Source: Betaproteobacteria bacterium
GTDB taxonomy: Bacteria > Pseudomonadota > Gammaproteobacteria > Burkholderiales > Burkholderiaceae_D
Direction: 5' to 3'
DNA length: 64,000 nt
Assembly: GCA_025356395.1 (NCBI GenBank)
Contig: JANXTA010000084.1
Span: forward strand, 14,659-78,658
Shown: piece by piece, positions 27,974-39,000 of the stretch
How positions within the stretch are numbered: the stretch's first letter is position 1
Layout: every line of letters begins with the position of its first letter
The notes under the pieces: generated by a model
Databases searched by the model: none
What the model was told of the DNA's origin: nothing
The model's input: only the letters and a program-made list of their open reading frames with translations
Translations under genes and position numbers: made by a program

Positions 27974-28977
27974 CCACGCTCGTCACGGGCTGCGCCGGCT
28001 TCATCGGTTTCTTCGCGTGCAAGGCGCTGCTGGCGCGCGGCGACGAGGTCGTCGGCATCGACAACCTCAACGACTACTACGATGTGCGCCTGAAGCACGA
28101 CCGGCTGAAGCAGCTGCAGGCGTTGCCCGGCTTCCGCTTCCACCAGATCGACATCGCCGATGTGACGGCCATCACGAATCTGTTCGATAGCGAACATTTC
28201 ACCGCCGTGCTGCATCTCGCCGCGCAGGCAGGCGTGCGCTATTCGCTGGTCAACCCCGCGGCGTACACGCACAGCAACCTGATCGGCTTCGCGAACGTGA
28301 TCGAGGCGTGTCGTCGCCACGCGGTCGGGCACCTGGTCTATGCCAGCACGTCGTCGGTGTACGGCGGCAACCGCAAGCTGCCGTTCGCCGAGACCGATGC
28401 CGTCGATCATCCGGTCAGCTTCTACGCGGCGACCAAGAAGGCCAACGAGCTGATGGCGCACAGCTACAGCCATCTGTTCGGGCTGCCGACCACGGGGCTG
28501 CGCTACTTCACGGTCTACGGACCCTGGGGCCGGCCCGACATGAGCCCGATGCTGTTCGCGCGGGCGATCGTCGAAGGTCGACCGATCGAGGTCTTCAACC
28601 ACGGCGACATGACGCGGGACTTCACGTACGTGGAAGACATCGTCGAAGGGACGATCCGCGTCCTCGACCAGCCCGCGAAGCCCGACCGGTCGTTCGACGC
28701 CGTCCATCCCGATGCCGCGACCAGCGCGGCGCCCTGGCGCGTCTACAACATCGGCAACCACCAGTCGGTGAACCTGCTGACCTACATCGAGACGTTGGAG
28801 CGAGCGCTCGGCAAGACGACCGAGAAGGTCTTCAAGCCGATACAGGACGGTGACGTGAAGGACACGTACGCCGACACGGCGCGGCTGCAGGCGGCAGTGG
28901 GGTTCGCGCCGTCGACGGCGCTCGAGGTGGGATTGACGAAATTCGCGGACTGGTTCAGGACCTACTACGCGCCCTGA
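27970..28977 (+). CDS. NAD-dependent nucleotide-sugar epimerase, UDP-glucuronate 4-epimerase-like
   Basis: VTGCAGFIGF Rossmann motif, YAATKKANE catalytic YxxxK, and the DNLNDYYDV pattern of the Cap1J/LpsL-type epimerases. Confidence 0.7.
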   Translation: MTTLVTGCAGFIGFFACKALLARGDEVVGIDNLNDYYDVRLKHDRLKQLQALPGFRFHQIDIADVTAITNLFDSEHFTAVLHLAAQAGVRYSLVNPAAYTHSNLIGFANVIEACRRHAVGHLVYASTSSVYGGNRKLPFAETDAVDHPVSFYAATKKANELMAHSYSHLFGLPTTGLRYFTVYGPWGRPDMSPMLFARAIVEGRPIEVFNHGDMTRDFTYVEDIVEGTIRVLDQPAKPDRSFDAVHPDAATSAAPWRVYNIGNHQSVNLLTYIETLERALGKTTEKVFKPIQDGDVKDTYADTARLQAAVGFAPSTALEVGLTKFADWFRTYYAP

Positions 28978-28986
28978 AGTCCGGTC

Positions 28987-30369
28987 CTAGAACGGCAGCG
29001 ACGCGTCGGGCTTGACGGCCGTCAGCACGCGGCGGAAATCCTTCTGGATGCGCGTCAAGCCTTCCTCGGTGTCCGCCTCGAAACGGATCACGATCACCGG
29101 CGTCGTGTTCGACGAGCGCGCGAGACCGAAGCCGTCTGGATACTCGACCCGCAGCCCGTCGATCATCGACACGGAGTCGGCGCCTTCGAACTGCGCCTCC
29201 TTCTGCAACCGGTCGATCAGCTTGAAGTTCTCGCCTTCGGCCAGCTTCCACTGCAGCTCGGGCGTCGAGATCGCATTCGGCAGTCCGTTGAGCACGTCGC
29301 TCGGGTTCTGACCCGCGGCCTTGGCCTTCGTGAGGATCTCGAGCATCCGTGCGCCCGCGTACATACCGTCGTCGAAGCCGAACCAGCGGTCCTTGAAGAA
29401 CACGTGGCCGCTCATCTCGCCGCCGAGCGGGGCGCCGCTTTCCTTCAGCTTCGCCTTGATCAGCGAGTGACCGGTCTTCCACATCACGGCGGTGCCACCG
29501 TGCTCCTTGACCCAGGGTGCAATGTTCCGGGTGCACTTGACGTCGTAGATGATCTCGCCGCCGGGGTTGCGCGACAGCACGTCGGCCGCGAACAGCATCA
29601 GTTGCCGGTCGGGATAGATGACCTGCCCGTCCTTGGTGACGACGCCGAGGCGGTCACCGTCGCCGTCGAAGGCCAATCCGAGTTCCGCGTTGCCGGTCGC
29701 GAGTTCGCGGATCAGGTCCTCGAGGTTCTCGAGGTGGGCCGGATCCGGATGGTGATTGGGGAAGGTGCCGTCGACTTCGCAGAACAGTTCGACGACTTCG
29801 CAACCCATCTTCTCGTACAGCGTGGTCGCGAAAGCGCCGGCCACGCCGTTGCCGCAGTCGATCGCGATCCGGATCGGCGCCGCGATTTTGACGTCGCCCA
29901 CGATGCGGTCGAAATAGGCGCTGCTGATGTCATGCGTGGAATAGGAGCCCTCCCCGCTCTCGTAGCGGTCGTCGGTGATCCGTTGGTAGAGCGCCTGGAT
30001 GGCATCGCCATAGATCGCATTGCCGGCCACGACCATCTTCAGGCCGTTGTAGTCGGGCGGATTGTGACTGCCGGTGACCATCACGCCGCAGTGCGTGCCG
30101 AGTTCGATCGCGCCGAAATAAACCATCGGCGTCGCCACCATCCCGAGATCGATGACGTCCAGGCCGGCTGCCTGGATGCCTTCGGCGAGTGCCTGGGCGA
30201 ATTCGGGACCGGACAGTCGACCGTCGCGGCCGATCACGAACGACTTCTGGCCGAGCAGCTTCGCTTCGCTGGCGACCGCACGGCCGACGGCCCGCACGAC
30301 GTCGGCAGTCAGCGACTTTCCGACGATGCCGCGGATGTCGTAGGCCTTGAAAATGGAGGAGTCGATCAT
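28987..30369 (-). CDS. algC: Phosphomannomutase/phosphoglucomutase
   Basis: [17 protein letters not shown], active-site [11 protein letters not shown], metal loop [12 protein letters not shown] 30369 chosen inside the longer track ORF. Confidence 0.85.
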   Translation of the reverse strand: MIDSSIFKAYDIRGIVGKSLTADVVRAVGRAVASEAKLLGQKSFVIGRDGRLSGPEFAQALAEGIQAAGLDVIDLGMVATPMVYFGAIELGTHCGVMVTGSHNPPDYNGLKMVVAGNAIYGDAIQALYQRITDDRYESGEGSYSTHDISSAYFDRIVGDVKIAAPIRIAIDCGNGVAGAFATTLYEKMGCEVVELFCEVDGTFPNHHPDPAHLENLEDLIRELATGNAELGLAFDGDGDRLGVVTKDGQVIYPDRQLMLFAADVLSRNPGGEIIYDVKCTRNIAPWVKEHGGTAVMWKTGHSLIKAKLKESGAPLGGEMSGHVFFKDRWFGFDDGMYAGARMLEILTKAKAAGQNPSDVLNGLPNAISTPELQWKLAEGENFKLIDRLQKEAQFEGADSVSMIDGLRVEYPDGFGLARSSNTTPVIVIRFEADTEEGLTRIQKDFRRVLTAVKPDASLPF

Positions 30370-30565
30370 GAGGTTTCGCAGCGAGGTGGGGAACGAGGAG
30401 GCCGGCGACAGGCGTTTGGTAGAATGCGGCCGCAGTCTAGCAGCGCCGCCGGCCTCCGCCCCGCGCATCGCGCGCTTGCTCCCCGACTCGACATCCGACG
30501 CCGCTCCGCGGTCAATCCGGGGCGAACGACAACAAAGCTCGCGCCCTACCCCAGAAGCCGCCCCT

Positions 30566-31645
30566 ATGAGCGACCAGAATATTCTCGTGACCGGCGGCGC
30601 CGGTTTTATCGGCGCAAATTTCGTCCTCGACTGGCTCGGCGCCGAAACCGCAGCGGTGGTGAACGTCGACAAGTTCACGTACGCCGGCAATGCAGAGAAC
30701 CTCGCGTCGGTGGCCAGCAACCCAGCGCACATCCTGGTCCGCGCCGACATCTGCGACCAGGCGGCGATGGACCGTCTGCTGGCGGAGCATCGACCCACCG
30801 CCATCGTGCACTTCGCCGCCGAGTCGCACGTTGACCGCTCGATCCACGGACCGGCCGCCTTCATCGAGACCAACGTCGTCGGGACGTTCCGGCTGCTCGA
30901 GGCCGCGCGCGCTTACTGGGGTTCGCTGGCCGGCCAGGCCCGCGACGACTTCCGCTTCCTGCATGTGTCCACCGACGAGGTCTACGGCTCGCTGAGCGAG
31001 ACCGATGCCCCCTTCTCCGAGACCACGGCCTACGAACCGAACAGTCCGTATTCGGCCTCCAAGGCGGGCTCGGATCATCTGGTGCGCGCGTATCACCACA
31101 CGTACGGCCTGCCGACGCTGACGACCAACTGCTCGAACAACTACGGGCCCTACCAGTTCCCCGAGAAGCTGATCCCGCTGATGATCTCCAACGCCATCGG
31201 CGGCAAGCCGCTGCCGGTCTACGGCGACGGCAAGAACGTGCGCGACTGGTTGTATGTCGGCGACCACTGCGCCGCGATCCGTCGCGTGATGGACAATGGC
31301 CGGCCGGGCGAGACCTACAACATTGGCGGCTGGAACGAGAAGACCAACCTCGAGGTCGTCCATGCGCTCTGCGCGCATCTCGACGGGTTGCGGCCCAAGG
31401 CATCGGGAAGCTACGTCGACCAGATCCAGTACGTGAAGGACCGCCTCGGCCACGACCGGCGTTATGCGATCGACGCCGGCAAGATCGAGCGCGAGCTCGG
31501 CTGGCGTCCGACCGAGACCTTCGAAACCGGGCTCGAGAAGACAGTGCGCTGGTATCTCGACCAGGGAGATTGGGTGGCGCACGTGCTGACCGGCAGCTAC
31601 CGCGACTGGATCGAGACCAACTACGGCACAAAGGTGGCGGCATGA
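30566..31645 (+). CDS. rfbB: dTDP-glucose 4,6-dehydratase
   Basis: [27 protein letters not shown] 30566 chosen. Confidence 0.9.
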   Translation: MSDQNILVTGGAGFIGANFVLDWLGAETAAVVNVDKFTYAGNAENLASVASNPAHILVRADICDQAAMDRLLAEHRPTAIVHFAAESHVDRSIHGPAAFIETNVVGTFRLLEAARAYWGSLAGQARDDFRFLHVSTDEVYGSLSETDAPFSETTAYEPNSPYSASKAGSDHLVRAYHHTYGLPTLTTNCSNNYGPYQFPEKLIPLMISNAIGGKPLPVYGDGKNVRDWLYVGDHCAAIRRVMDNGRPGETYNIGGWNEKTNLEVVHALCAHLDGLRPKASGSYVDQIQYVKDRLGHDRRYAIDAGKIERELGWRPTETFETGLEKTVRWYLDQGDWVAHVLTGSYRDWIETNYGTKVAA

Positions 31646-32556
31646 GCGGGGGCCGCAAGGGCATCATCCTCGCCGGCGGCTCGGGCACGCGCCTGTATCC
31701 GATCACCCGCTCGGTGTCCAAGCAGCTGCTGCCGGTGTACGACAAGCCCATGATTTATTACCCGCTGAGCGCGCTGATGCTCGCGGGCATGCGCCAGATC
31801 CTCGTGATCTCGACGCCGCAGGACACGCCTCGCTTTGTGGAGCTGCTGGGCGATGGATCGCAGTGGGGCCTGCGTCTCGAATACGCGGTCCAGCCGTCGC
31901 CCGATGGGCTCGCACAGGCCTTCGTCATCGGCCGATCCTTCATCGGCGACAGTCCTTCGGCGCTGATCCTCGGCGATAATATCTTCCATGGCCATGATCT
32001 CGCCGCACAACTGCAGCGCGCCAACGCGACCACGCGCGGCGCGACCGTATTCGCGTATCACGTGCAGGATCCGGAGCGCTACGGCGTGGTCGACTTCGAC
32101 GAGGACGGCAAGGCGCTCAGCCTCGAAGAAAAGCCCGCGAAGCCGAAGTCCAACTATGCGGTCACCGGTCTCTACTTCTACGACCAGAAGGTCGCAGAGC
32201 TGGCCGCATCGTTGAAGCCCTCGCCGCGTGGCGAGCTCGAGATCACCGACCTCAATCGGCTTTACCTCGACGCTGGTGCGCTTGACGTCGAGACGCTCGG
32301 ACGCGGCTTTACGTGGCTCGACACCGGCACGCACGAGTCCCTGCTAGAAGCGGCACAGTTTATCCACACGATCGAGAAGCGGCAGGGACTCAAGGTCGCT
32401 TGCCTCGAAGAGATCGCGTACCACATGGGCTACGTCGACGCGGCGCAGATCGAGGTGCTCGCGAAGCCGCTCCTGAAAAACGAATATGGCCAGTACCTGA
32501 TGCGGATGCTCGGCACACGACCCTCGCCGAAGTCGGTATTTGGCATCGCCGCATGA
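31642..32556 (+). CDS. rfbA: Glucose-1-phosphate thymidylyltransferase
   Basis: [16 protein letters not shown] motif. ATGA overlap with rfbB. Confidence 0.9.
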   Translation: MSGGRKGIILAGGSGTRLYPITRSVSKQLLPVYDKPMIYYPLSALMLAGMRQILVISTPQDTPRFVELLGDGSQWGLRLEYAVQPSPDGLAQAFVIGRSFIGDSPSALILGDNIFHGHDLAAQLQRANATTRGATVFAYHVQDPERYGVVDFDEDGKALSLEEKPAKPKSNYAVTGLYFYDQKVAELAASLKPSPRGELEITDLNRLYLDAGALDVETLGRGFTWLDTGTHESLLEAAQFIHTIEKRQGLKVACLEEIAYHMGYVDAAQIEVLAKPLLKNEYGQYLMRMLGTRPSPKSVFGIAA

Positions 32557-33101
32557 AGGCCATTTCGACTGCGCTTCCCGAGGTCCTGCTGATCGAGCCG
32601 AAGGTGTTCGGCGACGACCGGGGGTTCTTCTTCGAGAGTTTCAACGAGCGCTTCTTCAACGAAGCTGTCGGTCGTCCGGTCACGTTCGTACAGGACAACC
32701 ACTCGCGTTCTGCGAGACATGTGCTGCGCGGCCTGCACTATCAGATCGAGCACACGCAAGGCAAGCTGGTACGCGTCGCGAAAGGATCGGTATACGACAT
32801 CGCGATCGACCTGCGACGCAGTTCGCCGCGCTTCGGACAGTGGATCGGCGTCGAGCTGAGCGAGGCCAACCAGCGTCAGTTGTGGATTCCCGAAGGATTC
32901 GGTCACGGCTTCATGGTGACCAGCGACAGCGCCGACTTCCTGTACAAGACCACCGACTACTGGGCGCCGGCGGCCGAGCGCTGCATCGCGTGGAACGACC
33001 CGACGCTCGCGATCGACTGGCCCCTCAACGGGGCGACGCCGATGGTGTCCGGCAAGGACCACAACGGCACGTTGCTCGTGGACGCCGAAGTCTTCGTGTG
33101 A
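32553..33101 (+). CDS. rfbC: dTDP-4-dehydrorhamnose 3,5-epimerase
   Basis: [23 protein letters not shown] overlap with rfbA. Confidence 0.9.
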   Translation: MKAISTALPEVLLIEPKVFGDDRGFFFESFNERFFNEAVGRPVTFVQDNHSRSARHVLRGLHYQIEHTQGKLVRVAKGSVYDIAIDLRRSSPRFGQWIGVELSEANQRQLWIPEGFGHGFMVTSDSADFLYKTTDYWAPAAERCIAWNDPTLAIDWPLNGATPMVSGKDHNGTLLVDAEVFV

Positions 33102-33991
33102 TGCGCATCCTGCTTCTGGGTACGACCGGTCAGGTCGGATGGGAGTTGCGACGCACGCTTCAGCCGCTCGGCGAAGTCGTCGCGCTTTCCCGCGAGGACG
33201 CGAACTTCCAAAACCCCGGATCTTTACGGGCTTCCTTCGCTTCGGCACCCGACATCGTCGTCAACGCCGTCGCGTATACCGCTGTGGATCAAGCCGAAAA
33301 GGATCCCGAAGGCGCGATGCGGGTGAATGCGGAGGCCGTGGGCATCCTCGCAGACGAAGCGAAGAAACGGGCTGCCCTGTTGATCCACTACTCGACCGAT
33401 TACGTGTTCGACGGCACCAGCGCCGTTCCCTACTCCGAGGACGCCACCACGGATCCTCAATCCGTCTACGGACGCAGCAAGCTCGCGGGTGAGCAGGCGA
33501 TCACTGCTTCCGGCTGCGACCATCTGGTGCTTCGGACCAGTTGGGTGTTCGCCTCCCGCGGCAAGAACTTCGTACGGACCATCCTGCGTCTCGCGGCTGA
33601 GCGCGAATCGTTGCGGATCGTCAGCGACCAGTATGGCGCGCCAACCTCGGCCAGGCTTATCGCCGACTGCACTGCTCGCATCATCGATCAGGCGATGCGC
33701 GAGCGCGCCGCCGCTTCGTTCCGGTCCGGGATCTTCCATCTCACCGCCAGCGGACGCACCTCGTGGCACGGTCTCGCGACACGTATCGTCGAGCGCGCGC
33801 GCGAGATCGATAACGCATCGCTCAGGACCAACGCGGTCGACGCGATCCCGAGCAGCGCATATCCGGTGCCAGCGAGGCGACCGGAAAATTCATCCCTCGA
33901 CACCGCGCGCGTCTGTCAGCGCTTCGGCCTTCATCTGCCGGACTGGACGGTCGGTCTCGACCTCTGTCTCGACGAATTGCTGGCGCCATGA
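33101..33991 (+). CDS. rfbD: dTDP-4-dehydrorhamnose reductase
   Basis: [30 protein letters not shown] overlap with rfbC. Confidence 0.85.
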   Translation: MRILLLGTTGQVGWELRRTLQPLGEVVALSREDANFQNPGSLRASFASAPDIVVNAVAYTAVDQAEKDPEGAMRVNAEAVGILADEAKKRAALLIHYSTDYVFDGTSAVPYSEDATTDPQSVYGRSKLAGEQAITASGCDHLVLRTSWVFASRGKNFVRTILRLAAERESLRIVSDQYGAPTSARLIADCTARIIDQAMRERAAASFRSGIFHLTASGRTSWHGLATRIVERAREIDNASLRTNAVDAIPSSAYPVPARRPENSSLDTARVCQRFGLHLPDWTVGLDLCLDELLAP

Positions 33992-34818
33992 GCCGGCACG
34001 CCGCACACCGCACTTCGCCCGCCGCGCTGGTTGAAAGTCTGTGGTCCAACCGTGCGCTGATCGGCCAACTCGTGAAGCGCGAGATCCTTGGCCGCTATCG
34101 TGGCTCGGTGCTCGGCATCGCATGGTCGTTCTTCAATCCCGTGCTGATGCTGGTCGTCTACACCTTCGTTTTCAGCGTGGTGTTCGAAGCGCGGTGGGGC
34201 GCCAGCACGACCAGCAGTCGCGCTGACTTCGCGATGCTCCTTTTCATCGGTCTGATCGTACATGGCTTCTTCGCCGAATGCCTGACACGCGCTCCGGCCC
34301 TGATCCTCGAGAACGTCAACTTCGTGAAGAAAGTCGTGTTCCCACTCGAGATCCTGCCCCTGGTCGTGATGGGATCGGCGCTGTTCCACAGCCTCATCAG
34401 CTTGCTCGTCCTCGGCATCGCGCTGGTGCTCTCGCACGGAGGCTTGCCGGTCACGGTGCTCTACGCCCCGGTTGTCTTCGTGCCCCTGGTTCTAGCGACG
34501 GCCGGCTTCGCATGGTTCCTCACGGCGCTCGGCGTCTTCGCGCGCGACGTGAAGCAGGTGATCGGCGTCGTGATGACGATCCTCCTATTCCTGTCGCCGG
34601 TCTTCTATCCGATCTCATCCGTGCCGGTCGCCTTCAGACCGTGGCTGCTGGCGAATCCGTTGACGTTCATCATCGAGCAGTCGCGAGCCGTGCTGTTTTT
34701 CGGCAATGGCCCGGACTGGATCGGCCTGGCTCTCTACGCCGGCACCAGCGCGGTCGTTGCATGGCTCGGCTTCGCGTGGTTCCAGAAAACGCGCAAAGGC
34801 TTCGCAGATGTTGCATGA
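33988..34818 (+). CDS. wzm: Polysaccharide ABC-2 exporter permease
   Basis: ILGRYRGSVLGIAWSFFNPVLML is the N-terminal signature of Wzm/TagG-type permeases. Six TM segments. ATGA overlap with rfbD. Confidence 0.8.
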   Translation: MSRHAAHRTSPAALVESLWSNRALIGQLVKREILGRYRGSVLGIAWSFFNPVLMLVVYTFVFSVVFEARWGASTTSSRADFAMLLFIGLIVHGFFAECLTRAPALILENVNFVKKVVFPLEILPLVVMGSALFHSLISLLVLGIALVLSHGGLPVTVLYAPVVFVPLVLATAGFAWFLTALGVFARDVKQVIGVVMTILLFLSPVFYPISSVPVAFRPWLLANPLTFIIEQSRAVLFFGNGPDWIGLALYAGTSAVVAWLGFAWFQKTRKGFADVA

Positions 34819-36052
34819 GGCCACTGCAACGAGCGTACCGTCGATCAGGATCGACGGCCTGTCGAAGTGCTATCAGATTTACGCGCAGCCACGCGATCGG
34901 CTTAAGCAGTTCGTGATGCCGCGATTGCGTCGCGCGGCCGCGCTGAAACAGCGTGACTACTTCCGCGAGTTCTGGGCATTGCGCGACTTTTCGCTGACGG
35001 TGAACCGCGGCGAAACGGTGGGCATCATCGGCCGCAACGGGTCGGGCAAGTCGACGCTGCTCCAGCTCGTGTGCGGAACGGTAACGCCTACGTCGGGATC
35101 GATCGACGTCGAGGGTCGCGTCGCGGCCCTGCTGGAACTCGGTGCGGGTTTCAATCCTGAATTCACCGGCCGGGAAAACGTCGTGCTCAATGCGGCGGTC
35201 CTCGGTATCGATGCGGCCATCATGGAAACCAAGTTCGCTCACATCGCGGCATTTGCGGATATCGGGCCGTTCATCGACCAGCCGGTGAAGACGTATTCGA
35301 GCGGCATGCTGGTCCGTCTCGCGTTCGCGGTGGCGATCCACGTCGAGCCGAAGGTGCTGATTGTCGACGAGGCACTCAGCGTCGGCGACTTCGCTTTCCA
35401 GAACAAGTGCGTCCAGCGACTGCGCAAGATGCGGGACGAAGGCGTGACCCTGCTGTTCGTGTCGCACGACCTCAACACCGTTCAGACCATCTGTGACCGG
35501 GTCGTCTGGCTCGAACATGGCCGGGTGGTGATGGCTGGCAACCCGATCGAGGTCTGCCAGGAATACCAGGTCTCGATGCTCGGCAACGAAGCACCGACGC
35601 CCAGTCAGGTCAGCGATTTCATCAGCCAGCAGAACACCGGCATGGCCCGCTTCGTCGACCTACGCATCACCGACCTGCCGAGCGGCGGCGACCGCACCTT
35701 CGTGCTCGGCGATGCGATCCGCTTCCGGTTCACGCTCGAAGCCGACGTTTCCCTCGACGACATCGTCTTCACGATCAGCATCTATCGCGCGGATGGAGAT
35801 TGGGTCATCGGGCAAACCAGCCGCGAGGCGGGTGTCGTGTGGGCCGGTGTGAATGCCGGCGAACGCGTCACCGGCAGCCTGCAACTCAAACCCCTGTGCC
35901 TGGTACCCGGCGATTATGTCGCCGCGTTCTCCGCATGCTCCACCGATCTCGCGCTGTGCTACGCGCTGACGGATCTCAACATTCGCTTCTCGGTCAGGTC
36001 TCCGCATCCGACCTGGGGCCGATTCGCCCATCCTGCAACATGGATTCAATAG
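34808..36052 (+). CDS. wzt: Polysaccharide ABC exporter ATP-binding protein with C-terminal extension (putative glycan-cap-binding domain)
   Basis: Walker A GRNGSGKSTL, signature YSSGMLVRLAF, Walker B VLIVDEALSVGD. A ~165-aa beta-rich extension lies beyond the NBD (RFVDLRITD...FTISIYRADGDWVIGQTS). Overlaps wzm by 11 nt. Confidence 0.8.
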   Translation: MLHEATATSVPSIRIDGLSKCYQIYAQPRDRLKQFVMPRLRRAAALKQRDYFREFWALRDFSLTVNRGETVGIIGRNGSGKSTLLQLVCGTVTPTSGSIDVEGRVAALLELGAGFNPEFTGRENVVLNAAVLGIDAAIMETKFAHIAAFADIGPFIDQPVKTYSSGMLVRLAFAVAIHVEPKVLIVDEALSVGDFAFQNKCVQRLRKMRDEGVTLLFVSHDLNTVQTICDRVVWLEHGRVVMAGNPIEVCQEYQVSMLGNEAPTPSQVSDFISQQNTGMARFVDLRITDLPSGGDRTFVLGDAIRFRFTLEADVSLDDIVFTISIYRADGDWVIGQTSREAGVVWAGVNAGERVTGSLQLKPLCLVPGDYVAAFSACSTDLALCYALTDLNIRFSVRSPHPTWGRFAHPATWIQ

Positions 36053-39000
36053 TCAAGAGTGGACCCGCGAACGCGATCGGGAAACCGCGCTGCCCGGTCT
36101 GTCGTTCGCGCCACGTCGTCACCCTGTGCGACGTCGACGGGTATCACGTCTGGCGATGCCCGGCCTCAGCCACCGACTTCGTGTGGCCGGCGCCGGATGA
36201 CGAGGAACTGAAGCGCTATTACGACCGTGCCGGCTGGTTCGAAGGCGGCGAGCGTGGCGGCTACGCGAGCTACGACGCGCAGACGGCTGGATCGCTGCCG
36301 ATGATCGCCGAGGTGCTCGATGCGTTCGCGGATCGGCAGGCCGGGCAATATGTGCTCGACGTCGGATGCGGTTATGGCAACCATCTCGCGATCGCCGCCG
36401 ATCGGGGCTGGAAATGCTTCGGCGTCGAAGTGTCGGATCACGCGCGCGGGATCGCGTCCGAGCGTCATAGCGATCGCATGACACTGGTCCCGACCATCGA
36501 GGAACTGGTCCCGCACGAGTTCGATCTCGTGCTGATGCTCGACATGATCGAGCACGTCGCCGATCCGTACGCGCTGTTCTTCCGCCTCTTCAATCGCGGA
36601 CTGATCGGACCGAAGACGCGCCTCGTCATCACGACGCCGAACGCGCGTTCGATCGATGCCGTCGAAGGTGCGGGTCAGTGGCAGTACCGTCATCCTCCGT
36701 CGCACCTGGTCTACTACTCGGCGCGTTCGCTGCGGCGCCTGCTCAGCAATTTGCAGTTCGCCGACATTCAGGTGCGCGGGACCAGCCCGCTCGCGCGAAA
36801 GGGTAGACGCGGCTACGAAGACGAGACGCTGTCGAGCAACGAATCGCTGCAAGACGACGCCGGGTTGCTGTGTGTGGCGAACGGCAGCCGCTTCTTCGGC
36901 TTCATGCAGGAGCGCTACGTCCCCGGCACCTGGTCCAAGCTCGCCGAATACGAACATCTTCCGCGCTACCAGTTCGCGCGCCGGTTCGCGGTCGACAAGA
37001 TCGTGCTGGACTTCGGCTGCGGCACCGGCTACGGGTCACGCCTGCTCGCTGACGTGGCCCAGAGCGTCGTCGGCCTCGACATCGACCGCGCGGCGATCGA
37101 CTGGGCCACGTTATGGCACGACCCCGCGCGCCTCGCGTTCGACTGCCGCAACGACCTCGGCGCCGGCTTTCAGTCGGGCTCGTTCGACCTCGTGACCTGT
37201 TTCGAGATGATCGAGCACGTCGACCATGCCACTCAACTCGAGACCATCCGCAACATCGCCCGGCTCCTGAAAGCAGACGGGCAGCTCGTGATCTCGACGC
37301 CCAACCCGGCCGTCACCGCCAACTACGGCGAGAACCCGTATCACCTGCGGGAGATGGACGAAGTGTCCTTTCGCCAACTGCTCGCGCCGGTGTTCGCCCA
37401 CGTGTCGATCAAGCGTCAATGGATCCGTCCGTCGGTCGCCATCGGCTCGATCGACGTCGGCGTGCTCAACAGCATGGTCGTCGACTTCCTGCCCGCCGCC
37501 CGTCTTTATGGCGAGCCCGCGGCTTACGTCGCGATCTGCTCGCAAGCGCCGGTCGACGCCGTCGATACCTTCCTGACGCTCGACTCATCGGCGGACTTCT
37601 TGCTCGTCGAGCTGCGCCGTCAACAGGCCGAGACCGCGCTGCGTCTCGAACGGTACGCGATGCAGGAGCGCTCGATGAACGCGGTCGCTCAAGCGTCGCA
37701 ACAGCTTGCAGAACGCGAGAAGCTTCTTGAGTCGATTATCGACAAAAACCGCGGACTCGACGAACAGGCGCGACAGCTGGTAGAGGCGGAACTCCAGCGG
37801 ATGGCGTCTGAGAACAGACAACGTGCCGAACACGCGAAGATCCTCGCGTTGCTCGAGGAGAAGAACCGCGGCCTCGACGCGCAAGCCCGCCAGCTCGTCG
37901 AGATGGAAAGTAATCGGGTCGAAAAGGAACGTCTCTTTGCGCTCCAGGCCGGCGACATCGCTGGCCTGAAAGACGAAATTGCAGAAGCGCACCTGCAGCT
38001 GAAAGACGAAATCGCCAAAGCTCTACGGCTCGCGCAAGATCATGACACCGAGACTGCGGTGCTCCGCGGCCAAATCGCGTCGCTGCAAGAACGCATCAAA
38101 GAACTGACCCCGTGGTGGTTCAAAGTCGCGCGCCGACTGCGCCGCCAGCCCGTGAACTTGGATGCAGGTTCGGTTTCCACGATCGGAATCGCGCCACCCG
38201 AATCGACGGCAATCGCGACCGCGGTGCGTCCCACATTCGCCGCCTACACGGTTAAGCAACCGACATTGGTCGAGACCCATCGTCCCCGCGTGCTGCATGC
38301 GATCGCCAATTTCATGACCGGCGGATCGTCGCGCCTCGTCGTCGACCTGATCGAAAGACTGGGCGGCGACTTCGAGCAGCGGATCGTCACGAGTTTCGTA
38401 CCGAAGCCCCCCGAGTATCTCGGCGTCGACATCACCGAGCTCCCGATAGGGACGTCCCGGGACCGTATCGCGCAGGTCGTCGCGGCCTTCGAACCCGCCC
38501 TCGTCCACATCCACTATTGGGGCGATTGCGACGAACCGTGGTACCGCGAAGTATTCGCCGCCGTCGCACGGCAGGAGATACCGATCGTGCAGAACGTCAA
38601 CACGCCGGTCGCGCCCTTCGTCGACACGCGCAGCGACCACGTGGTCTTCGTCAGCAGCTACGTCCGCGAAACCTTCGGCAGCGGCGTGGAAAGCGGCGAA
38701 GTGATCTATCCCGGCTCGGACTTCGAGCATTTCGAGCGACGCAGTGACCTGCTCGACAACCGCTGCGTCGGCATGGTCTATCGCCTCGAGGCCGACAAGC
38801 TGAACGCATCGGCGATCGACGTGTTCATCCGCATCGCCCAGGCCTTGCCGGACGTCGTCTGCCTGATCGTGGGAGGTGGAAGCTTGCTCGAACCGTTCAA
38901 GGCGAGCGTGCGGGCCGCTGGCTGCGAGGCCTCGTTCGAATTCACCGGTTACGTGAGCTACGAGGCTCTGCCCGCGCTCTATGCACGCATGGGCCTGTTC

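Noticed and set aside
30370-30565. Possible rfb promoter (TG-n-TAGAAT at 30417-30425), plus a search for a JUMPStart/ops (GGCGGTAG) element upstream of rfbB
   Set aside because: The extended -10-like hexamer has no convincing -35 partner, and I found no ops-like sequence. This is too weak to list as a feature.
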